DNA from: Pecten maximus
Taxonomy: Eukaryota
Length of the DNA: 64,000 nucleotides
Assembly (NCBI RefSeq): GCF_902652985.1
Contig: NC_047029.1
Span: 38,440,001 to 38,504,000 of the forward strand
Direction of reading: 5' to 3'
Part shown: one piece after another, positions 24,461 to 36,700 of the stretch
Position numbering within the stretch: position 1 is the first letter of the stretch
Layout of the letters: the number at the start of each line of letters is the position of its first letter
Notes under the pieces: generated by a model
Databases searched by the model: none
What the model saw: the letters and a program-made list of their open reading frames with translations, nothing else
What the model was told of the DNA's origin: nothing
Program-made: the position numbers and the translations under genes

Positions 24461-24966
24461 ATATATTGTGTTGTAGCAGCATGTGACCAAGCCCTCATCA
24501 CAGACACGTGGTGGTCATTGCCAAGTGTGGAAACTGTATGACGTAGGTTTAAAACTACATTGGTGCCCTGTAGTTTGCGAGGACGCCGACTCCCACAGAA
24601 TATAAAATCTTACCCAATGTCGTACTGTCTTCGAGTAAATGTTTTGGTGCAGTACGCTATGATGGTTAGTTCTTACCAAAGGCGTCGACACGTCCTGCTT
24701 CCTTGTTAAAATAATACGCATGGCCAGTCAGTTGGAGTTAAGAAAGGGACAGCAGGTCATGAACAATGACATCTGGTATGTCAGTTTAGTAATAAATAGC
24801 ATTATAATGTTAATGGTAAAACTAGCAGCGCTTCATTGTACTCATTTTCAATTCAGTTCATTTATTCCGTTCGCCTTACGGCCAATTAGATTTTACAACA
24901 TGCATTAGACATATATCAGTAATATAGTATTGTGGAGTGTGATACGACCTTAGGTATCGGAAAATA

Positions 24967-25156
24967 CCGCATGAAGCACATAAGATCACAGGCGCTTGCA
25001 TAGAAAATATGACTTTCAATTTTTTATTGATATGACAGTGGTATGTGTAATCTGTTAAGTACTTCAGCTTAACAGATTACACATACCACTGTCAAAAAAA
25101 TGAAAATAACATTTTCTATGCAAGCGCCTGTGCATAAGATATAGTACGCTATGCGG
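24967..25156. mobile_element. Foldback MITE with TA flanks
   Basis: TA|CCGCAT...ATGCGG|TA; arms CACAGGCGCTTGCATAGAAAAT and TGACAGTGGTATGTGTAATCTGTTAAG each have a perfect inverted partner, closing an 8-nt loop. Confidence 0.8.
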
Positions 25157-25178
25157 TAAACTTATATAACTGTGAGAC

Positions 25179-25530
25179 NNNNNNNNNNNNNNNNNNNNNN
25201 NNNNNNNNNNNNNNNNNNNNNNNNNNNNNNNNNNNNNNNNNNNNNNNNNNNNNNNNNNNNNNNNNNNNNNNNNNNNNNNNNNNNNNNNNNNNNNNNNNNN
25301 NNNNNNNNNNNNNNNNNNNNNNNNNNNNNNNNNNNNNNNNNNNNNNNNNNNNNNNNNNNNNNNNNNNNNNNNNNNNNNNNNNNNNNNNNNNNNNNNNNNN
25401 NNNNNNNNNNNNNNNNNNNNNNNNNNNNNNNNNNNNNNNNNNNNNNNNNNNNNNNNNNNNNNNNNNNNNNNNNNNNNNNNNNNNNNNNNNNNNNNNNNNN
25501 NNNNNNNNNNNNNNNNNNNNNNNNNNNNNN
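25179..25530. other. Assembly gap (352 N)
   Basis: Run of N. Confidence 1.
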
Positions 25531-25749
25531 AGGATATCAACTATCATATATTAAGAAGATGTGTGATTATCTCTGTATCCAATAGATCATTATCAATGGA
25601 AACAAGATAGGAAACCGAAACAATCTCAGCCGCATACTACGAAAGTCCCAGTTACAAACAGACATTTTTTTCTGGTCGGTAAATACATAAACTCATACCT
25701 ACATGTGAACGTATTAATGTATCTATATAATGACATTCGTTTCCCGTCG

Positions 25750-26480
25750 TTTATTAGCTAAAAGTAGGTATTTCCTTATGCTGTTTAATTCAGATACATT
25801 ACCAGAGCATTGGAGTTGGATATATTTGTATACACTTTTTCTGTAGTATGGGTTGATTATTTAGTTTTCAATCGAATGTCTAGATAATATGGATGAACAG
25901 TTACAAAACGTTACTTGTCTCAAATCTCCTCGAGGTGACACTTGGTAGGTGTTCTTTCATTTCTTGCAATATTTCTGAATCGACCATTTTCTATATCAGG
26001 TTTATGTGGAGACATTCTGATTCTGGTAAGTTCTTTTTGAAATTTACTGTAATATATTTTCATTATATAATTGAAAACGTTTAATAAATATGACCTTTTG
26101 GAGATAATGTTATGGTTTCTAGACCTTTCCGTTGAAAAACATCACTAGTCTATTCTAATTATATCAAATGAGGTGTTGGCGACTCCCAGATATATCCAAG
26201 GCCAATAATGTGTCATTCTTGTCTCATCGATCCAACATATCATTATAACATGAATTTGAAATACAGTTGTTTCCATGCCTGAATTTTATCCAATATTCAA
26301 AGATTTCAAATTTCGAAATAATACTTAAAGGGTATCGTCCAAATTCCTTATAGATATATTTGTTTCATGTATTTTGCACACCTTTTTTCAGAAACTGATG
26401 TGCATTTTGTCGACATCGGGCGCTTGATTGAATCCCCAAATTTCGGAAGCATAATACACAACACATACATACAATATTAG
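25750..26480 (-). mobile_element. Degraded LINE (CR1/L2-group-like) ORF2 C-terminal half
   Basis: Minus-strand fragments YYASEIWGFNQAPDVDKMHISF*, IYKEFGRYPLSII...EYWIK, IGLGYIW and ELTRIRMSPHKPDIENGRFRNIARNERT..C....I*DK*RFV follow the post-RT motif order of these LINEs, with stops and frameshifts. Confidence 0.75.
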
Positions 26481-26567
26481 ATATTGATCCCTTAAGAGTT
26501 AGACAATGCCATCTCAATACTTGACACAATAACATAATGACGTCATATCCAAATATATTTCTAACCG

Positions 26568-27985
26568 AACAGAAGATCCAAGAGTGATCGTGACGCCTGC
26601 CATTGAATGATCATTATTTTATTCATTTGTATATTTTCCTTTCCTAAATTAACCAATAACAAGGAAGTATTCGTATGAAATCTAAGAGATATCTTAGAGG
26701 GAGAATTGTCTGTGAATTAGAAACAGCAACGCTAAACTTAAACTGTTAGCAAGTTTGCTTTCTTGATCAGACTAACAATCAAACTGGTACAACTAGGGAC
26801 CAAGGGGAAGCTTACACAGAAATGAAAATACTCGTATACAATTATTTTGCTAGATTTGGTTTGTTTTATGGTAATCCTAAATACGTCTTCAACAAAGAAC
26901 CAGGGTCATATACAGACATTAACTTTGTCCTTGATCTTTTCAACCAAGTGTTATTTACTTTTGACCCAGTTACCTTGACCTTTAGTAAGCTGACTACTTG
27001 TTTATTGTCACAAACTTTTCTTCATGTAATGTCATCACGAAATGTTCTGTAGTAAATAGATAGAAAACGTGACACGGACTTTTGACCTAGTTACCTTGAC
27101 CTGAAGACAGATGACTCATTGTTCAATTCTTAGTAACTTTGCTTCATAATTTCTTACTTAACAAATTGATCATCAGTGAAATGATGCAAAATTTTACCTT
27201 GGCCTTTGACACACATCATTGCCTTGATTCCTTTTTTAATTCTGAACAGATTTGCTCCATAATGTCTTAAATAGATGTTCTTCAGTCTAAAGGTACAAAA
27301 TATGACATAAACATTTGACCCAATGACTTTGACCTTAAATCAGCTGACTCTTTGTTTAATGCTGATTAACTTTGTCGCCTAATATCCATTAGTGAAAAGA
27401 TACTAAATTTGATCTTGACCTTTGACACCATAAGCTTGACCTTTTAACAAAATGTCCATCAGTAAAAGATACAAAATGTCACCTTCGCCTCTGAACCCGA
27501 GACATTGACTCCATGTTCAATTCTACCTAATTACTTTGCCTCATAATGTCATTAGAGAAAAGATGCAAAACTTGATCTTGCGATGGCCGAGTGATTAAGG
27601 TGTCCCTATACTTTATCACTAGCCCTCCACCTCTGGGTTGCGACTTCAAAACCTACGTGGGGCAGTTGCCAGGTACTGACTGTAGGCCGGTGGTTTTTCT
27701 CCGGGTACTCTGGCTTGCCTCCACCTCCAACACCTGGCACGTCCTTAAATGACACTGGCTGTTAATAGGACGTTAAACAAAAATAAACCAATCCAAACCA
27801 AAATGAGCTTGACCTTTGACAACATGACTTTGACCTTTGGTCAGGTGACTCCTTGTTTAACCTTGAACAAATAGGGGAACCTATCAGTGAAGTTTGAGAA
27901 TATCTACTACGGACCACGTAGAACCTATCAGCGAATCTTGAGGAAAATCCATCCAGTATTTCTCAAGAAATAGCGACAACAAACA
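26568..27985 (-). mobile_element. Degenerate Helentron-type non-autonomous element (related to 61683-63456) with internal GACCTTGACCTTTGAC-rich repeats
   Basis: Shares CCATTGAATGATC, ACTAGGGACCAAGGG and TCTCAAGAAATAGCGA.AACAAAC blocks with the 62-63 kb element. Confidence 0.55.
27580..27800 (+). mobile_element. tRNA-derived SINE (copy 2), nested in the 26568-27985 element
   Basis: Colinear with 3359-3582: AGCCCTCCACCTCT, GTTGCCAGGTACTGAC, GGTTTTTCTCCGGGTACTC, GCTGTTAATAGGACGTTAAAC. Confidence 0.8.
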
Positions 27986-29415
27986 TCAAATATCAGAATC
28001 AAAGCTTGTTTCCACATCAGACTCAACATCAAATGGGCACAAATAGGTACCGAGGGGAACCCATATTAGAATAAAAATCCTTCCGGTACTCCTCTCGAAA
28101 TAACGATAGCAATAATTGTTTACGGGCGGAAGAACGGATAAGATCGACTTGTTGTCTGTGAACGTGTGGGGTGCAACACACAAGTCGATCGGAATTTCAA
28201 AATCTGTTCTTGTTTCCGTCCATTCCGTCGCTAAAAGGCACGTGCGCAGTGAGTTTAAATAATGATGACTACTGGGTAGAAAATCCCTTATAGGCGACGA
28301 AGATATTTTGACGCAATAAAACGACACAGGACGATTTTAACTGCTCGAGTATATTAATCAGTTCTACTGGAGAAAACTAAATATTCGGAATATAAAAGCA
28401 ATTTGTATTGACTTAAAAACTCGTGAACAAAAAAATATGGGACAAGATTGTCTATCTGGAAAATAAGGGGGGAAAATCATTTTTTGATTTTTTGGAAATA
28501 TTTTGAACCTCAAATCGGTACATTTTGATTATTGAACTGTTTCCAGATGTTAACATATAAATGTAAGTGATAGGTAAATAGAACTCCAGTGAGATCAATG
28601 AACGTTTTATCTAATTATCTTCCCTAATTTCTCATCTCTCTTAGTTTAGTGCTACATTCAAAAACATCCCAAGTTGACGTTTCATTAAGATAAGTCGTGC
28701 GACTGAAAGCGATGATCTTGTACGTTTTTATATTGGAGACTCTATGGTATAAAGAGACACAGGATAACATTGTATTTATAGACTCGCCTTGACCGAACTC
28801 TCGGAAGAATACACATCTACCCATATTTACACCAATCCTACGTGATTCTGAACAGCACAGGAACAGAACAGAAATCAGTGGAATGTTTCTAATAATGATA
28901 ACATTATTTCGAAGACGCAAAATAATGTATCCAATTACATTGTTTAGATCATATATAACAAGTGACATTAATCACAGGATTTCAATATGATTTTATCAGT
29001 TTTAGACACCAACCACAAAGCAACGGTTCCAAAGCCATTGCCGTTCAATATAAAAACAAAATACAAAATATGGTATTTTATTCTTGGGTGCTGCCATCAT
29101 ATATTTCAATGTTCCTAGTGTAATATTTGGTTTTACGTAAACTTATAGCATTACAAATCCGCAGTTAGTCGTTCTGTACAAAAGTGAGCGGCAGGAAACA
29201 TTCACAGGATATAACTATTGAAGTGTCGTCATCAATGTTAATCTTCACATCCATTTGTCTTTACGTGGGGAGCTATTACAGTTCCGAAATGTGAAGATTG
29301 ATAAGCACGTTTTGTTTCCTGTGGCAAGGCGCGTGTTTCACCTCACGTCGAGAATAATTGATTCCGAAGATGAGTCAGATGAAAGGTGTTATAATGTGTT
29401 GTCACAGATACAATG

Positions 29416-29845
29416 TACGGTGGCTGATTTGTGCCATTTCGTTATTTCGTCTTTTCGCCCCGAAAAGAGGAAAATGAAATATCTAAATTCTCGTTCTTTC
29501 GTCTTTTCGGGTTTAAAAATCTCGTCTTTTCGCCCCGAAAACACGAGAACACGAGAATTAAGGTTTGTTAAATTTCGTGTTTTCGGGGCGTAAAGACGAA
29601 AAGACGAGAATTAAGGTTTGTTAAATTTCGTCTTTTCGGACGAAAAGACGAAAAGACGAGATTTTTAAACCCGAAAAGACGAGAATTAAGGTAGCTAATT
29701 AGCGTGCATTAATTTCGTCTTTTCGCGTATGACTTGTCGTCTTTTCGTCTTTTCGGGGCGAAAAGACGAGAATTTAAGTTTGTTAATTCTCGTCTTTTCG
29801 GGGCGAAAAGACGAAATAACGAAATGGCACAAATCAGCCACCGTA
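29416..29845. mobile_element. Non-autonomous DNA transposon with TACGG...CCGTA ends and 6-bp TSD (IS3EU-like)
   Basis: About 53-bp perfect TIR TACGGTGGCTGATTTGTGCCATTTCGTTATTTCGTCTTTTCGCCCCGAAAAGA; flanking direct repeat ACAATG (29410-29415 and 29846-29851); interior built from CGAAAAGACG blocks in both orientations. Confidence 0.9.
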
Positions 29846-30479
29846 ACAATGTGATTCTAACAATGAGTGTTAAAAACAAAGAATTAATATGAACAGCTTA
29901 TAAAGTAGTATATACCGAGATAGTGAAAAAATAAACCCTAGACCTGTATCAAGGGGGAAAGAGTAGCTGTAGGGAAAATAAGTGTGAAATTCAGAAAAAA
30001 AATATCAAAAAACTCAACATTGACGCATACAAAAAGTGAATAATCCTCTTCTAATCGCCATCCAATCTCGCATAGGAATCCATTTAGCCTTTAGCCACAG
30101 AAGAGTCCCGGTTACCTGTTTTTTGGGGTAAATAGTTTTGCTATCAGACCAAATAACTACACGTCCACAACTTTTCTTAGTATTTCGAAATAAAGCTAGA
30201 AGTGGGTAACACATGCTACCTGGTACATTTGTAGTTCAAAGGCAAATTTAACAGCGCGCGTCATTAAATCTGTGTTTGTTCAGTGGCATCATCAGCCCAT
30301 AGCTGCAAACTGAAAGCAGTTAATTGCTTAAATATTTTATATATAAAATTGGTGAAGTTGACTTTCTGAGCTACGGATCTAAATGGAAAACTTTTATCAT
30401 ATTCAAATAGCCCTTCGTCCGGTGTCCATCTTGCGTTCAGACGGCCGGACGGTTTTGACGTTTGTATTTTGGACCTTTG

Positions 30480-30720
30480 CGATCGCCTTTTGTCCGGCGT
30501 CGTGCGTATAGTCCGTCCGTCGTGCGTCGTTAACAATTTTAGTTTTTCGACTTCTTCTGCAAACACAAAATTCGATGAAATATGGTAGAAAGCTTCCATG
30601 GTTAAAGGTCAACAAAAATTGTGTAAATTATATGCTCACCCCAAGGACCTTGGGCCTGCGGGGCGGGGCCAAAAAGGTTGAAATTAACTAAAATTTCAAA
30701 AATTCTATTCAACTCCTAGA
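30480..30720 (+). mobile_element. Partial Helentron-type (HINE/pearl-like) element
   Basis: GTCC-type microsatellite followed by CGACTTCTTCT and GGGGCGGGGCCAAAA core motifs shared with 59617-61505. Confidence 0.55.
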
Positions 30721-31303
30721 TATTGTAAAAACTTGATTCTAACTTCATAGCTATATCTAGAAAAATCGGAAGCAAACTATATTAAGCTGATTGAATTGTG
30801 AATTGAAATTCCAAATTTGTTCAGATGTAAATATTGATGTCATAACGGTACACGAGTGAAATACATAAAATTAATATAAGTATAAATATAAAGTATAAAT
30901 AGATCGTCATATTCTGAAACCCACTAACAATTTCACAAGTTAGAGTTTATGTGTTATTTCAGCATAACAAAGTATGTGTACATGATATATATAACACATT
31001 GGGGAATAAACTGGAAATAAGTCGATGGCTAAATAATACCGCCTTCCCATCAATGTACACTAGAAAGTGCATAGTTCTGATGACATAATTAGGCCATTAC
31101 ACAAAAACATGTAGATAGTGACCTGATTACCATGGCAACCAAAAAAAAAACCTCCATGTTCATGCACGTCTACATTAGTCGTTACCCGTATCATTCTTAT
31201 ATAATTTAATTTAATTGTTTGCAAGTTTAGGATTTGTCTAGACAAAAATTTAACAAACACGGTCTTTAGGAACCTGTTTACCGTAGCAACCAAAATGTAT
31301 GCT

Positions 31304-32404
31304 AAACAAGAGTACAAGGGGGCCTGTATCGCTCACCTGGTTTATTTGAACAGGCGTCAAAATATTATGATTTTGGGGTGGGGATCTCAACTGCATCAAA
31401 GGTATAACCAAGAAACAAAGTCGAGACTCAATATGATTGTGTTTAAAGAAACCTAAAGTCCCTTGGGGATGGGGAAGGACCCCTATCCTTATTTTTACAT
31501 CCGGATTGTGATAATCTCTTGACGCCCAGCAATGCCTTATATGATAATGGGGTGGGGATCCCAACGGTTCCAAAGACATAACAAATAAATAAGTTTTCAA
31601 TGGTTTGGAAAGACAACAGAACATATTTCTAAAACATGAACGTGTTTATCTTTTGATGCCCAGCAATATGCTATATATGGTAAGGTATTGGATATCTCAA
31701 TACCTTCAAAAAAATACAAGAAGTCGTTATTATCAATATTGACATATGAACCCCTTTTGGCACCACCCCTCAGGTCCCTGGGAGGTCATCCATATCATTT
31801 GTATAAATTTGAACCCAGCTACCTAGGGGTGTTACTGCTGAAGTATCAATGTTGTAAATTACTTAGGTCTAGAGAAGTTGTTAATATCAATATCCACAAA
31901 TGGCCCCTTTTGGCCTCATCACTCGGGCCCCTGCATGGTTAGCCCCATCATCTATATACATTTGAATCCCAGCCACCTAGGGATGTCACCTCTGAAATAT
32001 CAATGTCGGACATTGCTTAGGTCCAGAGAAGAAGTCGGTAATATCAATAAAGCCAAATGGACCCCTTTTGGCCCTACTCCTCAGGCCCCTGGAGGGTCAG
32101 GCAAATCAATTGCATTAGTTCGAATCCCAGCCACCTAGGGATGGTACCACTGAAATATCAATGTCATACATTGCTTCATTTCAAAGAAGAGGTCGTTAAT
32201 TGCCAAATGGACTATTTTTGCCCCCCCCCCCCCCCCCCCCCCCGGCCCCTGGGGGGTCAGCCCCATCATATGTATAACTTAGAATCCAAGCTTCCTAGGG
32301 ATGCTTTCTACAAAATTTTGTTACATTAAGAAGTCAATTGTTGATGGACAGACGACAGATGCAGGACGCCATGGTATGACATAAGCCCATCTTGGTGAGC
32401 TAAA
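31304..32404 (-). mobile_element. Helentron-type (HINE/pearl-like) non-autonomous element, same family as 59617-61505
   Basis: Ends AAACAAGAG...GGCCTGTATCGCTCACCTG and GGTGAGCTAAAA are the reverse complement of the termini at 61505 and 59617; internal degenerate core repeats of about 150 bp. Confidence 0.8.
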
Positions 32405-33760
32405 AACCAGTATACACATCTACACATGGTCACTAACAGTCATGTGAAGTTTCATTGAAACTCACTCCATGTCTAGGAGAGTCTGGACATTTTTCTACAG
32501 ACAGACAGACCTATAGAATCATTCAACAGCTTTGGAAAACAATACTACAAAGTTGATAGATTAGCCTAAATAACATTCAAAATGAAAACAAAACAAATTC
32601 ATCTTCTTCCAAAATAATGTTTTATTTGTATACTTTTTGTACAAGAATATTTCTTATCTGATTAAAAGTACAAAAAAATGGATATAGCCTTTTAAAACCA
32701 GTTTACTTTTTTTAAATATTTACTGGTACATGTAGTTACTATATATAACAATTTAATTTCAATTCCTTACTTTGATCTTTTGGCAGTGGATTGACAGTAG
32801 ATGGTATAGGCAATATATTTTCACATTGCTAACTTTCACTGTTTTTTTTCTGGTAATTGACTTGAGTATGTTATCAGAAGTCTCACTTTATGATTTCTAA
32901 TTAATATCCAGGAATTATGTTGTTTCTATTTTTCTCTCTTTAGCTCTATATAATTCTGATTCTTCACAACTCATACCTCCTCCCCTTCCCATCAGCCCTC
33001 TCCCCCTACCCCCCCCCCCCCCCTCCCCCCAAATCAATAATGAATACAACAAAGATGATTATAAATTACTGTATGGAACTGTTAATTATTAGTTTCTATC
33101 AGCTGATAAATGTATACACTTTAATAATCAATATATCACATTTATTTTCAGTTCTTTAATTGAATTTAACATTCAAATGACAGTTTTTGTTATGACTTTT
33201 TATTTTGATATCATCATATAACAGAAATGAGGACAGATAATGTCTGTACCTTACACTATAACTTCTTGCAATATTTATTTTTAAAATCGTCAATTGAAGT
33301 TCTTTTGGTCTTTAAGGGAAATTTTCAATAATTCAATTAAAACACATTTCAGAATTTGTGTAGCAAAAAAATAGTTGCGCAAGTAGTTGATATATTGTAT
33401 ATAGACTGCTGATGGTTTTGAAAAAAAAAATAATAAAACAACTTTATCCTAATACAAAGATGCATTGATAAATTCTTACGAAAATGAAACGTAAACAAAA
33501 TACAACTAATCACAGGATGCCTGATAATCAAAAGTAAATATCCAATTCCAGTCTGTATGATGTTTTCCTCCAGCACTTGTAGAAGTCCATGGTGAATAAT
33601 AATTGGTGGTTTACCACAATGATAAACCGCTAGATAAGGCAATGTATGCTTCCCTTCTAGCCACCATGGAGGTTCTGATTCGCAGTATGTAAATGTATCC
33701 AAATGTCTGTATGGTTTAACAGAATATATGACAACAAGTATATAGTCAATAAACGCGACT

Positions 33761-36700
33761 CTAAGCTCGAGGTGCGAACTGTTCCACTCTTTCTAACAGG
33801 GCATCAGAATAGCCAGGGGAGTAGTATCTGAAAATGGGGAAAGGTGACAATTAACATGTTGGTATATATCAGTGTAGGCTGTACTATAGTAATCCACTAA
33901 ATCTTAATGTCATCTACAAATCATAACAATGTTAAACCTGGATATTCATCTGTATTTTATCATATGTCTACTAAAGTAACAGTGTAACATACTTGTACAG
34001 TACATATATACTGTATATATCCATACCCTGTGTCCTGGAAAATCTTATCAATCTTTAGTGATTAGTGATTACGTAATTTCTTATAAAATATTTTGACTTC
34101 AAATTTAACACGTTTCTAAAGTAGTTTTAGAAATATTTCTCAAGAAATACTTACTTGACAATTTCTTCTGGATAGCAGTTGTTGATTGTGTTCACATACT
34201 CGGCGAGGGCTGAACCTGGTTCTGCTTTTATTTCCTGGATTTTCTTCAGACCACCACTGGTGACAAAGAATCGTCTGGCTTTGGAGTCGTGTGGGAGAAC
34301 TTTGCTGAACTGACCGACAACGTGTTTGAGGATATTTGGAGGGGCATCGTGTAGTAGTGGTTCCAGGGCTGGTAGATGTACACACTTCTGTAGGATGTTC
34401 TTCAGGGCTTTTTTACTCTGTAAATTACAAAATGTTAGCTGTCAATGGATTTGGCATTTTTCATACAATTAAAAAACAAACAAAAAACAAACAAAAAAAC
34501 AGATGTGAACATGCATTTAGTTTCCATTAAGAGAATATTAAAAAAAAGAAATCATCTATTTGCAACAATTAAAATCAAAATTGAAGATTTCATATAATTC
34601 TCTCAGAGCTGCATTCATTTATTGCTACCATTGTCATTAAAGACTGGATGAACATCGTCAATTCTTACATATTTAGTGTATGTTGTAATCTAGAGAAAAC
34701 CTTACCTTGGTCTGTAAATCTTCGGATGCATCAGCACGGAGGTAACACTGGAGAAGTTTGGGGAGGACGTTAGCGACAGCAACTGCTTTAGAGTGTTCCG
34801 GGGTGTGGCGACCAATCTGTCCTAGTGCCCAGGCTGCAGCTGCCTGAATGTGGTCCTCTGCCTCCTCAGATAAAGCTATAGCTAATTGTACAACTCCCTG
34901 TCATAAGAAATGTATAATGTACTATCTTTTGATATCAAATCAAACGGTAAAACTCTATTTCTTTTTTATTATATCATGAAAGAATTTAAGTTATTTTTTC
35001 AAAAGGAGGTACATAAATATACTTTTCTAGGACTTGAAATTTTGAAAATCCACCCATTGAAATACCAAAATTTTGGCAAAAGGTTGCTGGTTTAAATTTC
35101 AAGGTGCTAGTTTAAGCTGACAATACAGAAATTTTATGAAAATGAAAACTCTGGTGATGGTATTTTGCTATTGGTGGAATGATATTGACATTTACCTTGG
35201 ATACAATCACAGCCATGGCAAGGTTTTCTGAGTGTGCAGCTACATATCCCAACATCATTATTCCTGGAAGTCGGATGTTACTCCTACATTCCCCAACATA
35301 GTCTACAACTGCTGCTACTCCACCAGCATTCACAATCAACTGGGCCAGCTGAAAGTCAAAAAAAAGTTCACATCATTATCAATCATCAATTTGATTATCT
35401 TAAAATGTTACAAAAAGAGGGAGGGGACGGAAACGACAATCCTTAGTCTAGAATTTTTTTTTTAAATCCAACAACTTTAGAATTATATATTATATTAATT
35501 AAAAGTATCTGACAATCTTCAAGTAAAACTGTTATGAAATAAAAATAATGTCAATTAAAACTTTAACTTTAAAGTCTCTGAATACTATATGAAAGAAGGG
35601 GAGTAACTTTTTATATAGTTCAATAACAAAAGTTTCATATTAATTCCTGTAGAATAATACAGGCTATTTTGATAGTACATTGTATTTCAATGGTTGTGTT
35701 AGCTATTGTATACATGTTACATACAGGTACCCCTACAATTAACCCATCCATAGGTCTCGTCAGTATAACATATCAAAGGAAAAAACAAATGAAATTTCAT
35801 TACCATTCAAAAAGTTGGCCCCTCCTTTAAGTCAGGGATGTGTATTAGCATCCTAGCAGGGCTTATACAATAAATTTTATAATGTAACTCACCTCTGGGG
35901 TGTGTTTTGCGATTTCTCTGATAAGGGTGGCTACATTCTTCTTGACATACTCATCCGGATCTTTCAGGCAGGTGAGAACTGCTGGGAAGATTTCGGCCTC
36001 CACTACCATCTCGGCCAGGTCCACAGAGTGTTTCGAGATTTGACTCAGGGCAGAAAACACTTGTCTCTGCCAATGTGAGAGGTTACATATTTTACACAAA
36101 ATTCTTGGGGTTTGGCATGTTTTTTTCCAGACATACCACTATACAGGCAAAAACAACACCAATGAAAAAAACCCATATATATGGCAGTTTCTGTAAAATG
36201 TATGAAAAATAACAAATTAATGCTTGAAATAGAAAGAACTTTGAAACATTCTTACCTTCAGCTTAGCATCAGGATTGAGAATCATTTGAGCGAGGTGAGC
36301 AATTGCTCCTGCATCTACAACTGTCTGGGCAAGCTCAGGAGAATGTTTGCAGATATCACTGAGGGCAGAAGCAGCGATTCGTTTTAGGGAGAGCTCTGGC
36401 TCCTGGATACAGAGAACCAACAGAGGAACAGCTCCAGCATCAACCACTGCCTGGGCAAGCTCTGAAGATTACCAAGTCACATTTGATAAAGATAATTCAG
36501 TGAATAAAGAAACATAAATTAGATTACACAATTACATTGCAATAACAGATCTTAAAATTACTTCTTCATTTTTTAATTATAAAACAAATTCAATTGATTA
36601 AGCCATTGTACTTGCTTATTCAACATACCACAATCCCAAATATTTTATTTCATCCAGTTGATGAAATTTCATATCATGTGAAATGTTAAACATTTTCAGT

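Noticed and set aside
25064-25585. ORFs spanning poly-X
   Set aside because: Artefacts of the N gap.
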